Of a DNA stretch of 64,000 bases, positions 1-9,775 are shown piece after piece. A model generated the notes under the pieces. The model was not told the DNA's origin. It did no database searches and was given only the letters and a program-made list of their open reading frames with translations. The position numbers and the translations under genes are program-made. The first letter of the stretch is position 1, and every line of letters begins with the position of its first letter. The DNA comes from Kiritimatiellia bacterium (GTDB lineage Bacteria > Verrucomicrobiota > Kiritimatiellia > JAAZAB01), in the NCBI GenBank assembly GCA_040767085.1, contig JAXGPF010000004.1, positions 256,001 through 320,000 of the forward strand. Direction: 5' to 3'.

Positions 1-389
1 CGCGCCGACCAAAGGGTCACCGTAGTAATCGCCGATGGGCCGGCAATCAAAGGGATGGCCAACGGCACAATGAACGGTTCCGATTGCGTATCCGTTTTGA
101 ACAGGTCTTCCACTCCCTTGAAAATCATGCTCAGCGCAATCAGGAACAGGATGATGCCGCCGGCCAGGCTCAAAGACGAGACCGACACATGCAATAGCCC
201 CAGCAGGCGCCGGCCTTGAAACAAAAACAGGAGCAGAACGCCCAGCCCGATCAGCGACTCCCGCAGAATGATCCGGCGCCGGCGCTCCGGCGCCACCGTC
301 CGCAAGACACTTAAAAACAGCGGAACATTGCCCAATGGATCCAAAACTATAAAAAACAACACCGCCGTCGCCAGAATTTCGCGCCACAT
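1..389 (-). CDS. MarC family integral membrane protein (3' end runs off window)
   Basis: Manual translation from ATG at 389: MWREILATAVLFFIVLDPLGNVPLF...LAGGIILFLIALSMIF...EPFIVPLAIPLIAGPSAITTV; DPLGN and VPLAIPLIAGP are MarC motifs. Confidence 0.9.
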   Translation of the reverse strand, partial: MWREILATAVLFFIVLDPLGNVPLFLSVLRTVAPERRRRIILRESLIGLGVLLLFLFQGRRLLGLLHVSVSSLSLAGGIILFLIALSMIFKGVEDLFKTDTQSEPFIVPLAIPLIAGPSAITTVTLWSA

Positions 390-509
390 AAAGCCCCCGT
401 GGTTTGCATGGAATTTATCACAGCCTGCAGCGCATGGCAAAAATAATCGGCATTGTAGGACAGCCATCCGCTACGCCTTTGCGGGATTCTCTTTGCTCAA
501 TCCTGCGCT

Positions 510-3374
510 TTATCCGCGCTGGTTGACGAAATGGCGCAGGAACTCCGGCGGCGCCGACGCATCCGGCCGGCGGTTTGACTCAAGCATGTAACGGACCAGT
601 TCCCCGGCGAGAAAGCGCGCGGCCGGCGTATCCACGAAGTTCAGGCGGCTGACCAGCAGGCGCCCCCGCCCCACCCCGACTTCAAACAGCAGCCCGCGGC
701 GCCGCGCCCCCATGTAGCTGTCAATCGAGCGGATGATCGGCTCGATCCGGACCGGCCAGATATCCAGGTTGATGGCCCCCCCGTCCTGAATTTTCTTGGC
801 GGCCGTGGTCCGGGTCAGGTCATAAAACTGGAGATCGCAAAATCCCTCATGCGGGAAATTTTTTAAAATCGGATGCCGCCGCACAATCGTGCCCGAGTTG
901 CCGAACGGCACCTGATGCCAGGGGATGGACCGGAACCGGTGAAAATATTCTGGGAACAGGTTTTCGGCCAGCAGCCAGGCCCGGCCGCCCTGCTGCAGGT
1001 AATCAATCAATCCCAGCGACAATTGGTTGAGGCTGATTACCAGCCTGACCTCCGCCCCTGGCGTCGGGAGATGGTGGCCGGAGAATGGCAGCCGTGGCAA
1101 ATCCGCGAAAAAATGAGGCGCGCGGGCAACCCCGGCATTTTCCAGGTCCATGCCGTATTCCGCGCGCGCGCCCTTGCCGTAGCCGTATATCCCGCGCCAG
1201 CCGCCCGGCGGCGCGCCGGGCGCCCGGGGAAACCCCCAGAAGTCCCACTGATTGACCGCGCTGGTGTCGCGGGCGCGCAGTTCCACCCGCAGCGTCATTT
1301 TCACGGCCTGCCGCAAGCGCGGTATCCGCAGACGCAGTTGGGCCAGGCGGCTGGTGGTGCAGGCGCGCGCGCTTAAATTTTTCACCATCCCGGACGCCAG
1401 CGTCCGGCCGGCAGGCTGCGCCGTCAGCGTCCACCGCAATGCCGCGCCCCGGAGCGGCTGGAAGCCGTAATGTGAAGTCAGAATATCTGCTTTCAGGGTT
1501 TCGCCTTCCCACAGGTTGCGCCCCTGCCATTCGCGGCAGATATCGTGCGGATTGATTTCCGGCAAATCGTCCGGCGGCGCCACCCAGGCGGCCAGCCCCC
1601 GGAAATCCTGCCGCATCAGCACCACCGTATCGCCGTTGTATTGCCGGCATTCGGCCGCGGAAACGTTCTTCGGGTCGCCGAAATCATCCCAGATGCCCTC
1701 CACCGCCGATGCGGTATCATGCCCCATCCAGAGATGATAGCCTGTAATGGCCGCCGTCTTGCGCAGGCATTCCACCGCCATTTTTCGTTCCATGGCCTGC
1801 AACCGTTCGGAATTGCGGACGAATTCGGGCAACAGCTTGATCACGCCCTGCCGCCGCGCTACTTTTTCGGCGTAAGTGATATGGAATGGCAGCAGCGGCA
1901 GGTTGCGGTACTTGCGTTTCAGGGCCGGATTGGGGTATGACGAAAACCAGCCCAGTTCGTGCAGCAAAACCGGCTTGGTGGTCGCCCGCCGCAATAACTT
2001 GTCCGAATAGCAGCCGCGGTAGCAGCAGGCCGGCTCCTCAAAATCGGTTTTGCCATGCCCGAAATTCACCAGTTGGCTGCCATCCCGCGCCAGGGACAGC
2101 CGGGTAGGATCAACTTTTTTGGCGAAGTCATACAGGCGGTCCAGATTGTCCACCAGGCGGCGATCGTTGCCGTATTGCTCGGCGCTCCAGCCGTAGGCCA
2201 TGATGGAAGGATGGTTCATCGCCTGGCGCATGAGTTGTTCAAGATGCGCCCAGCGGGTCAAAGCCGTGCCGGAAATGTCGCCCGGGAACACCTGGATCAA
2301 CATGCCCTCCTCATCGGCCGTATCGAGCAATTCGCGGTACGGCAAGCTGTAGGTGTCAATTGCGTTGAACCCGAACTCGCGTGCCGTGCGCAACTGCTTC
2401 CGGATATAGTTTTTATCCAAGTCCGGGCTCAAGGTGCGCGGAAAGACCATGTTCCAGCCGAAGCCGCGCAGGAATACCGGCCGGCCATTCAGGGTGATCC
2501 GGCGTCCGCGCACGGCGATGTCCCGCAGTCCGAACCGCTCCGTACGCTCATCCAGGATGTGCGAACCATCCATCAAGATCACCTGCGCCTGGTAAAGCCG
2601 GGGCGTCTCCAGCGACCATGGCACAACCTGCTGGAGCGGAATTTCCGCCGCCGCCGTGGTCGCGCGGCCGCGGCGCGCCGGGCATGGCCGGCTGATTTCC
2701 GCCGCGAGCTTGCCGTCCGGAGCGACAATCCTGATCCGGGCGGTCAGCGTCCTGCCCCGCAAGCCAGACTGTCCGATCACGGCATTGACCCGGACAAGTT
2801 TCCGCCGCAGGCATGGCAGGATGCAGAAATTATCCACCCACGCCGCGCCGCAAGCCTGCAGCGACACCCCGCGGTACAAGCCGCTCCAGATTGCGGCCCA
2901 ATTGTAAATTCCGCCGTCAAAGGCCGAAATCCAAGCGCCGCCCCGGTGTTCGGCAACGCGCACCGTCAAAACATTCTCCGCGCGGCGCCGGACAAAGCTG
3001 GTGATGTCAAAAGCGAATTCGAGCAAGCCGCCGGGGTCCCGCCCCAGGTAATGCCCGTTGCACCAGAATTCGGCGCGGGGATGGACGCCGCCGAAGTGCA
3101 GCCGGATCCGGCGGTCCTGCCATTCCTCCGGCAGGCGGAAAACTTTGCGATACCAGGCGGCGCCCCGGTAGCCATGACGTTCCACCTGCAGCGCCGGATG
3201 CCCCATCTGCGATATGGTATGCTTCAAGGCGCCGCCGAAGCCCTGGGCCTGCCAGCAGCCGGGCACCTTGATCCGGTCGGCCAGGCCGTCCCTGCGCCAC
3301 CAGCGCTGCCGGCGGCCCGCATCTTCCGGGTCGAGTTGAAATTCCCAGTTGCCGTTCAGCGAAGCAATGGTCAT
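510..3374 (-). CDS. Glycoside hydrolase family 2-like protein
   Basis: SLNGNWEF, AWYRKVF, LHFGGV, WSLETPRLY, RFGLRDI, LNGRPVFLRG, NHPSIM; ATG 3374 preferred over TTG 3395, which lies in a heptamer repeat. Confidence 0.85.
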   Translation of the reverse strand: MTIASLNGNWEFQLDPEDAGRRQRWWRRDGLADRIKVPGCWQAQGFGGALKHTISQMGHPALQVERHGYRGAAWYRKVFRLPEEWQDRRIRLHFGGVHPRAEFWCNGHYLGRDPGGLLEFAFDITSFVRRRAENVLTVRVAEHRGGAWISAFDGGIYNWAAIWSGLYRGVSLQACGAAWVDNFCILPCLRRKLVRVNAVIGQSGLRGRTLTARIRIVAPDGKLAAEISRPCPARRGRATTAAAEIPLQQVVPWSLETPRLYQAQVILMDGSHILDERTERFGLRDIAVRGRRITLNGRPVFLRGFGWNMVFPRTLSPDLDKNYIRKQLRTAREFGFNAIDTYSLPYRELLDTADEEGMLIQVFPGDISGTALTRWAHLEQLMRQAMNHPSIMAYGWSAEQYGNDRRLVDNLDRLYDFAKKVDPTRLSLARDGSQLVNFGHGKTDFEEPACCYRGCYSDKLLRRATTKPVLLHELGWFSSYPNPALKRKYRNLPLLPFHITYAEKVARRQGVIKLLPEFVRNSERLQAMERKMAVECLRKTAAITGYHLWMGHDTASAVEGIWDDFGDPKNVSAAECRQYNGDTVVLMRQDFRGLAAWVAPPDDLPEINPHDICREWQGRNLWEGETLKADILTSHYGFQPLRGAALRWTLTAQPAGRTLASGMVKNLSARACTTSRLAQLRLRIPRLRQAVKMTLRVELRARDTSAVNQWDFWGFPRAPGAPPGGWRGIYGYGKGARAEYGMDLENAGVARAPHFFADLPRLPFSGHHLPTPGAEVRLVISLNQLSLGLIDYLQQGGRAWLLAENLFPEYFHRFRSIPWHQVPFGNSGTIVRRHPILKNFPHEGFCDLQFYDLTRTTAAKKIQDGGAINLDIWPVRIEPIIRSIDSYMGARRRGLLFEVGVGRGRLLVSRLNFVDTPAARFLAGELVRYMLESNRRPDASAPPEFLRHFVNQRG

Positions 3375-3387
3375 GGTTCGACGGGCA

Positions 3388-3408
3388 AGGTTCAAGGTTC
3401 AGGGTTCG
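3388..3408. repeat. Short heptamer tandem repeat (aggttca)
   Basis: aggttca aggttca gggttcg, decaying further downstream. Confidence 0.55.
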
Positions 3409-3438
3409 GTGGACGGCGGTCGAAGTTGAGCGTTGTGA

Positions 3439-6400
3439 TTATTCATCCAAAACCATCCAGCCCAGGTCGCCCGGATTGTCCGTGCGCAGCGCCAGGCGGG
3501 AAAGCCAGGGATGGAACGGGCGCCAGCGAATCATCCGCTCCTGGTTCATCTCCGCCGACGGCACCGCCCGGATAACATCCAGGCGCAGCGGCCGGCGCGC
3601 TAGATCCCGCTCGCGCAAAAAATTCAGGGGAATGCGCAGGATCAACGACCATTCCTGTTTGCCGCGCCAGGCGGCGGCCTGCCAGGGCTCGCCGTCGGGC
3701 GACTTCCAGCGCTGCCAGCGGCCGCCCCGCGCGTTGGCCAACAATGTCTGGCACGGCCAGAGGCGCCGCGGCTCGAGCATGACGCCTGCGCAATCGTTGT
3801 CCCACCAGGGATAAGGCATATGGCCGTTTCCATCGTCCGTCATCCGCAGACGCGCCATGTCCGGTTCCGCGCAAACAATCCCCACGTACAAATTGCGTCC
3901 ATCATGCCCGGCCTTCCATCGGGTTTTGCGCGGCGCGTGTTCGGTGTCGGACAACGCCTTGGACCAGTAGGCGTGCGGGCTGATCACCACCTGGCATGCC
4001 TGCTCCGGCAGCGCATCCCAGGCAGGGCCGACCGGGCGGCCGTTCATCGCCGGCGGCATGGCAAACCGCCGGCAATGATAAACCGTTTCCCCCGCGGTAG
4101 CGGCCGAACTGCATTCGGCATCCGTCTTCCCCCTTGTAGCGGCCGAACTGCGTTCGGCATCCGCCTTCCCCACTGTAGCGGCCGAACTGCGTTCGGCATC
4201 CGTCTTCCCCACTGTAGCGGCCGAACTGCGTTCGGCATCCGCCGCCGTCGCCGCGCGCGGAAAAGCATAACCTTCAAACAACGGCCGGCGCGCGGCAATC
4301 TGTGTCGCGACGCGCGGGAATTCCACGCGCAGCAATTTCTCCAACTGCCGCATGCGCCAGCGGATCAACGCAGGATGGTACTTGTAGCCCTCGGCTTCCG
4401 AATGGAACCCCAGGCGGGAATCGGCCCGGGCCAGGTCCAGCAGCCGCCGGTCCAGCCGGATTTCATCCTGGACGATCTGGCGCATGCGGCGCAGGGATTG
4501 CCGCTGGCGCGCGGGCGTCTGGAAGGGCAAATCCTCGCGCAGCAGGTAGAAATCCAGGATATGGCTGGCGCTGTTGAACTGGATGCCCAACGCCTCCGCC
4601 ACGCCCAGGTCGCGCAGCCGTTCCGGCTGGCGGCGGAAAGCCTGCCGCAGCGGCGCCAGCAACTGCATCCCCCGCCGCCAATCCCGCGCCATCCCCGCCA
4701 GCAATTGTTGAAACTCACGCGTGGTATGGGAGTAGCAAATCATTTCTCCGATCCGGTCGCCGCTGACCCCGTGCTTGATCTGCCAGGTCGGCGCCAGCGG
4801 CAGATCGCGGGGGATCAAGTACAGGGGCCAGACCGGCCCGTCATGACACGGCCCGTAATAGCCGGCCATAGCCGCATAGGGAAACTGGCGGTACCCCTGT
4901 TGGAACCACTGCCAGGCCTTCGCCACGCGCGCCGCATGCCGGCCCCAGTCGCGCCGCGCCAGATGCGTTAAAAACTCCGACTCCGACCGCGGGAACGGCG
5001 CGAATGCCAGTTCCCCCGCCGCGCGCGTCATCGGCGAGGGATATGTGCCGAAATACCAGCCGTACATCGCGCCGCTGACGCCCAGGCGGTGCATGGCGCG
5101 GTACTTGGCGTACAAGTTGCCCGGCACCGGCACGAACGGCGCCGTCGCCGTTTCATGCGAACACCCGACCTGCAGTTTGGCCGACATGCGTGTGCCGGAC
5201 GCCGCGGCGCGCCGGGCGCAATCTCGGAAAACCCGGCTCGGGCCGATATACGCCAGCCAGTAGTCGCCGAGATAACGCGTCCGGCCCAACTGCCGGGCGC
5301 GTCCGCCCGACTCGAAATTATGCTGCAGGATGACTTTGGGCGGCACATGGCCGGCGGCATCCGCCGTCAATTTTTCGCCCCAGCCAATGTACTGGGAATA
5401 AGGCCAGGAAATCAGCTCAGCCGCCGGGTTGACCGCGTGCATACCGCGCTCCATGGCGGCCAGCGAATCCGCCAGCACCTCCCGCGGCTGCCGGCGGGAG
5501 CACCGCGGGCACCGGTTGTCGCGCGTACCGGCGGAATAGCAATGCGTCGGACGCTCGCCGACGCTGATCACGGCCATCCCGCCCAACCCCGGCGCCGCCG
5601 TAAAGATTTTGCGCGTGGTTTCCTCCACGTAACGCAAGCCGGCGGGCGAACTGACGCAGAAATAAGCATTGCCGCTGACATGATGTCCGGCCAGTTCCGG
5701 ATGCCGCTTGAGCGCCGGGCTGTCGGGCGGGATGCTTGCCGGTTCGATGCAGAAAATGAAAATTTTAATGCCATAGCGCGCGCATTTGTCAATCGTCCGG
5801 TTCAGCTTGGCGAACCGCCGGGCGGCATCGCGGCCCGCGCCGGGAAACAGGCCGGACGGAACCAGGTCCTTCCACTCCACCGTCAACCACAAACCGTTCA
5901 CCCCATCATGCGCCAGCCGGTTAAGGTATTCCGCAGGGTAATAATCAACATCGTCGGCCAGTTCATCGCGGTTTTTCGGCGGACGCTTGATCGGCCCGAA
6001 AAAGCAGCGCGAAAGCCGCGTGCGGATGACCGGCGTCTTCCGCGTGACACATGGTTGCAGGAACGGGCCGCCATTACGCTGCAATTCGTCCTCCAGGAAC
6101 ACCAGGCCGCGCCGGATGCCTTCCGTGTCGCCGGCCAGCACCCGGCATTCCGTGCGGGTGACTTCCACGCGATAAGTCTCGGGGATGACAGTGCGGATCA
6201 GACCCGTGGCAATGCGGTAGGCGCCCTGCTCCGGAATGCCGCCCAGGCGCAGGAACCGCCGGAAATCGGCATGCATTGTGTCCAGCAGACCGTAAGGATC
6301 GGGAAATTGCCAGTCCAGCCGGACCCCGCGGCGCAAATCAATCTCGCCCGCGCGCGGCCGCCGGCGCTCCCAGGGAATGGGCCGATGATGGAGCGGCTGC

Positions 6401-6513
6401 TGCAATTCGCGGATGAACCGCCAACTTGTTTCCGGCGGCTGGGGCGGGATGGCGGGCGACAGGCAGCCCGGGGCGGTCGGCGTTCCGTTTTGAAGCGCGG
6501 GTTTGGTTTTCAC
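3439..6513 (-). CDS. Large hypothetical protein, probable glycoside hydrolase (GH20-like N-domain, barrel, C-terminal CBM9/DOMON-like domain)
   Basis: 1024-aa ORF in a co-oriented glycan cluster; ETYRVEV...LAGDTEGIRRGL; C-terminal HDGRNLYVGIVCAEP...WSLILRIP. Confidence 0.7.
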   Translation of the reverse strand: MKTKPALQNGTPTAPGCLSPAIPPQPPETSWRFIRELQQPLHHRPIPWERRRPRAGEIDLRRGVRLDWQFPDPYGLLDTMHADFRRFLRLGGIPEQGAYRIATGLIRTVIPETYRVEVTRTECRVLAGDTEGIRRGLVFLEDELQRNGGPFLQPCVTRKTPVIRTRLSRCFFGPIKRPPKNRDELADDVDYYPAEYLNRLAHDGVNGLWLTVEWKDLVPSGLFPGAGRDAARRFAKLNRTIDKCARYGIKIFIFCIEPASIPPDSPALKRHPELAGHHVSGNAYFCVSSPAGLRYVEETTRKIFTAAPGLGGMAVISVGERPTHCYSAGTRDNRCPRCSRRQPREVLADSLAAMERGMHAVNPAAELISWPYSQYIGWGEKLTADAAGHVPPKVILQHNFESGGRARQLGRTRYLGDYWLAYIGPSRVFRDCARRAAASGTRMSAKLQVGCSHETATAPFVPVPGNLYAKYRAMHRLGVSGAMYGWYFGTYPSPMTRAAGELAFAPFPRSESEFLTHLARRDWGRHAARVAKAWQWFQQGYRQFPYAAMAGYYGPCHDGPVWPLYLIPRDLPLAPTWQIKHGVSGDRIGEMICYSHTTREFQQLLAGMARDWRRGMQLLAPLRQAFRRQPERLRDLGVAEALGIQFNSASHILDFYLLREDLPFQTPARQRQSLRRMRQIVQDEIRLDRRLLDLARADSRLGFHSEAEGYKYHPALIRWRMRQLEKLLRVEFPRVATQIAARRPLFEGYAFPRAATAADAERSSAATVGKTDAERSSAATVGKADAERSSAATRGKTDAECSSAATAGETVYHCRRFAMPPAMNGRPVGPAWDALPEQACQVVISPHAYWSKALSDTEHAPRKTRWKAGHDGRNLYVGIVCAEPDMARLRMTDDGNGHMPYPWWDNDCAGVMLEPRRLWPCQTLLANARGGRWQRWKSPDGEPWQAAAWRGKQEWSLILRIPLNFLRERDLARRPLRLDVIRAVPSAEMNQERMIRWRPFHPWLSRLALRTDNPGDLGWMVLDE
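4097..4243 (+). repeat. Four tandem 39-bp GTAG-REP-like palindromes inside CDS 3439-6513
   Basis: GTAG at 4097, 4136, 4175, 4214; unit gtagcg-gccgaac-tgc-gttcggc-atccgYcttccccact; translated as DAERSSAATVGK[TA]. Confidence 0.9.
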
Positions 6514-6613
6514 ATCATATTATCCATCAAGGTATAGCGGCGTTTTGTTGCTCAAGTCGGTGGGGCTGCCGGCCGACCCGCCTCCTCATCTCCGGCCCGG
6601 GTGCATCGCAAAC

Positions 6614-8311
6614 TCAGCCCCCGAACAGGAATTCGGCGATCATTTCCGCGCTGTCGCGCATCAGGCCGTAACTGATGACCACCGTGCGGAGTTCGTCGGG
6701 AATCAGCAGTTCCGCGTACGGCACGGTGGCGATCAGCACCACCGGCTTGCCGAACTGGAGCAAATCCCGGAGGAAAGGCTTGGTGTCGTTTTCCAGTCCG
6801 CGCGAGAAACTGCCGGTCGCCACGATGATGTCAAAATGCCCGGCCACCTCCCGGATGATTTTGGCGGCGGCGGCGGTGGTCTGCGGCGTGTAATCAATGT
6901 ATCCGGCGTCCGGGGCATGCTTCAGGATGCATTCCCAGAGCAGGCCCGGATGGTTCCAACTGTCATTGTGCGCCCGTTGATTGTATGTTACGCGGTCCAC
7001 CAGCAGGATTTTCCGGGACGGCCGCAGCGGCAGCAAATTCTGCTCGTCGCGCAGCACGCGGATCACGCGGCGCGCGGCTTCCAGCCCGGTTTTACGGTAT
7101 TGCGGCTTGTGAATGGCGGCGTCCACGGCGCGCGGATCCACCAGGCCGCCCCGGTCGAACAGGCCGTAGTCGTATTTCATGCTCCAAATCCGGCGCAGCG
7201 ACTGGTTCACCCGCTCTTCCGTGATGCGGCCGCCGCGGATGGCCGCCACGAGCGCGGCGTGCATTTCCCAGCGCAGCACGTTGTCATCCTTGAGCAACAG
7301 GATGTCCACCCCGGCCTCCAGCGCGCGGACGCAGGCCTCGCCCACGTCATACTTGGCCATCAGGCCGCCCATGGTCATGGAATCCGTGGTAACCACGCCC
7401 TCAAAACCGATTTCCTCCCGCAGAATCCCGTTGACAATCCTGGGCGACACGGTGGCGATTTCATTGCTCGGGTCCAGGTGCGGATAAATCGCATGGGCCA
7501 GCATCACCGCCGGCGCGCCTTTTTTGCCGCAGAGCGCGCGGTAGGGCGCCAGGTGCACGCGCCACATGGTGTCCCGGTCGAGTGTCACAGCCGAAACGCC
7601 GAAGTGCGCGTCATCCGCCGAAGCGCCCCGGCCGGGATAATGTTTCAGGCAGGCAATCATCTTCGCCCGCCGGAAACCTTCCACCGCCGCCCCCGCGCAT
7701 TTAATCACCGTTTCCGGGTCGGCGCTGTAGGAGCGGGTATAAATTTCCGGGTTGCGGGGATTGGTGTTCACATCCACGACCGGCGAATGCAGCATGTCAA
7801 TCCCGATGGCCTTGAGCTGCTTGCCGACAATGAACGACACCCGGCGCACCAGGTCGGCGTCGCCCAGGTCGCCGAATCCCATGCAGGCCGGCGGGGTGAT
7901 CATGCCATGCGGCACGAAATTCGAGCCTTCGCCGGACTCGAAATCAATCACCATGTGCAGCGGAATGGCATACCGGCGGGCCAGCGCCCGGCGCCGGAAA
8001 ACGTTCAACAACTCCGCGTATTCCGGCGCCGTCACGTAGGGCGGCGGGATGGATTCGTCGAATAATTTTTCGCGCGGGGCCGGCGGCCGCAGGACATTTT
8101 TCACGCCGGGCGACCCATCCGGCAGGTACCGGATGAACTTGCGGGCCAGGAACGGCGAAAGGCGCAGCCCGCCCAGGCCGTAGCGGTCAATAAACTCCAG
8201 CAATTCCGGTTCGATGAAGGAGCCGGTATAACCCAGCACCATTAATTGCGCCGCCTTCTCCTCCGGCGATAACGCGCCCAGCAATTTGTCTATCGTCTGC
8301 TGCTTGTTCAT
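6614..8311 (-). CDS. GH3 glycoside hydrolase, beta-N-acetylhexosaminidase (NagZ-like)
   Basis: DFESGEG, PVVDVNTNPRNPEIYTRSYS, KHYPGRG-x4-DAH, TDSMTM; RBS GGAGG favours a start at 8311/8314 (ORF open to 8320). Confidence 0.85.
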   Translation of the reverse strand: MNKQQTIDKLLGALSPEEKAAQLMVLGYTGSFIEPELLEFIDRYGLGGLRLSPFLARKFIRYLPDGSPGVKNVLRPPAPREKLFDESIPPPYVTAPEYAELLNVFRRRALARRYAIPLHMVIDFESGEGSNFVPHGMITPPACMGFGDLGDADLVRRVSFIVGKQLKAIGIDMLHSPVVDVNTNPRNPEIYTRSYSADPETVIKCAGAAVEGFRRAKMIACLKHYPGRGASADDAHFGVSAVTLDRDTMWRVHLAPYRALCGKKGAPAVMLAHAIYPHLDPSNEIATVSPRIVNGILREEIGFEGVVTTDSMTMGGLMAKYDVGEACVRALEAGVDILLLKDDNVLRWEMHAALVAAIRGGRITEERVNQSLRRIWSMKYDYGLFDRGGLVDPRAVDAAIHKPQYRKTGLEAARRVIRVLRDEQNLLPLRPSRKILLVDRVTYNQRAHNDSWNHPGLLWECILKHAPDAGYIDYTPQTTAAAAKIIREVAGHFDIIVATGSFSRGLENDTKPFLRDLLQFGKPVVLIATVPYAELLIPDELRTVVISYGLMRDSAEMIAEFLFGG

Positions 8312-8333
8312 CACAATCATTCCTCCCTTTTTT

Positions 8334-9533
8334 TCACAATTTCCGCGTTTCCACGACGGCCAGCGCCGCAGCGATGAAAGCCTGCCGGCCCTTGGCGCGC
8401 ATTTCGGCGGTATTCAATCCGAACCATGGAAATTCCAGCGCTATGCCGATGCCGCCGTGGATTTCCTCGCAATAGACAATCCAGTGGCTGATGCGGCCGC
8501 TGAGGATGTTCAAGGCCTTGTCCATGTCGTCCGCGCCGGCCGGTTTGCCGCCCCGGCGGACATATGCGGCCAGATCGGCCAGCCCCAATTTTTTCATCTG
8601 CGCGTATCCCAAGGGGCGCATATCCCAATGTTTGTGGTGCGCGGCGTCCGCCGGCATCAGCCGCCGGAACGACTCAGCCACATCGTCATGCCGGCCGTAA
8701 AGCATGCCGTCAGTGAATTTCAGCGTCCAGTTATGGAAAGTAAGGTACACGCCGGGCTTGATTTTATCCACTAACCGCCTGACGGTTTTAAGAGAGCTGT
8801 CCGGGATGTCGAACACCTGGTCCATGCGCGGCCCGCGCTCCCAGGTGCGCTGGCTCATGCCGTTATGCACGCCGTCCGGATTGGTCATCGGCATGATATA
8901 GACGCTGAATTTTTCCCGCAGGTAACGGGCCATGGCATCGTCCGAGGCGAGGAACCGCGCCACGCCTTCGGCGGAATATGATCCGGCCGTTTCATAGGCA
9001 TGATCGCGCGCCTGGATGAAAAACGGCATGGCCTTGGGATTCGGGGATGGGAACCGGAACAGCCAGAGCGGCCGGCGTTCGCGGCTGCGCCCGGCGATTT
9101 CCACGCGCACGCCCTGCGTCCGCAATTCGCGCACGACTCCGGCCAATTGCTCCACGTTGTATTCCGGAAACAGGCCCAGGTGGGTCAGCCCAGGCGCAAG
9201 CTGCAGATAGTATTCCACGCGGGCGCCTTCCCGGCGGCCGGGGATCATGGTCCATTCCGCGTCGGTCTCATGGCGGATATAACCCAGATCGTGATGCTCG
9301 GTCCGGGCGGGCGTATCCCAATCCACGACCAGCGTCACCGTTTCCGCCGCTTTCCCGGTGTTCAGCAGCCGGGTGGAAAAACGCGAACCCTTGCCGGGAA
9401 TCTCTTCGCCCAAACCCGGCCCGCGGCGCGTGCCCGGATAAAACACCCATCGCCCGCCGCGGCCGCGTTTCACGCCTTTTGCCGTATGCGGGCAGGCGCC
9501 GTCGAAATCCGTAATGATTTTAATGCTCATCAT
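8334..9533 (-). CDS. M14-family zinc carboxypeptidase-like protein
   Basis: GRSRERRPL, ARDHAYE (HxxE), PMTNPDG, TFHN, LEFPW. Confidence 0.75.
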   Translation of the reverse strand: MMSIKIITDFDGACPHTAKGVKRGRGGRWVFYPGTRRGPGLGEEIPGKGSRFSTRLLNTGKAAETVTLVVDWDTPARTEHHDLGYIRHETDAEWTMIPGRREGARVEYYLQLAPGLTHLGLFPEYNVEQLAGVVRELRTQGVRVEIAGRSRERRPLWLFRFPSPNPKAMPFFIQARDHAYETAGSYSAEGVARFLASDDAMARYLREKFSVYIMPMTNPDGVHNGMSQRTWERGPRMDQVFDIPDSSLKTVRRLVDKIKPGVYLTFHNWTLKFTDGMLYGRHDDVAESFRRLMPADAAHHKHWDMRPLGYAQMKKLGLADLAAYVRRGGKPAGADDMDKALNILSGRISHWIVYCEEIHGGIGIALEFPWFGLNTAEMRAKGRQAFIAAALAVVETRKL

Positions 9534-9775
9534 AGCCTTTCTTTTGAGTTCGGTGTTCTGTTTCCGGTATGGACGTTGAACCTAAATCCGGCAGTTGGCA
9601 AGTTTGCCGCGGATGCGCGGCGGCAAGGGTGACGGTGTATTAGTATACTCCGAACCCTTGCCAACAAAGCAGAGGCGGCAAAATCGCCAACCATTTTCTG
9701 GTTTGAAATTCAAAATTTTTTTCACATCCGAAAGGTACTTGCGACAGAAATCTATTTCCCCCTGTTTTCAATTGC

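Noticed and set aside
4097..4243. CRISPR array
   Set aside because: The units abut with near-identical ~12-bp linkers, there are no unique spacers or cas genes, and the array lies in-frame in a CDS.
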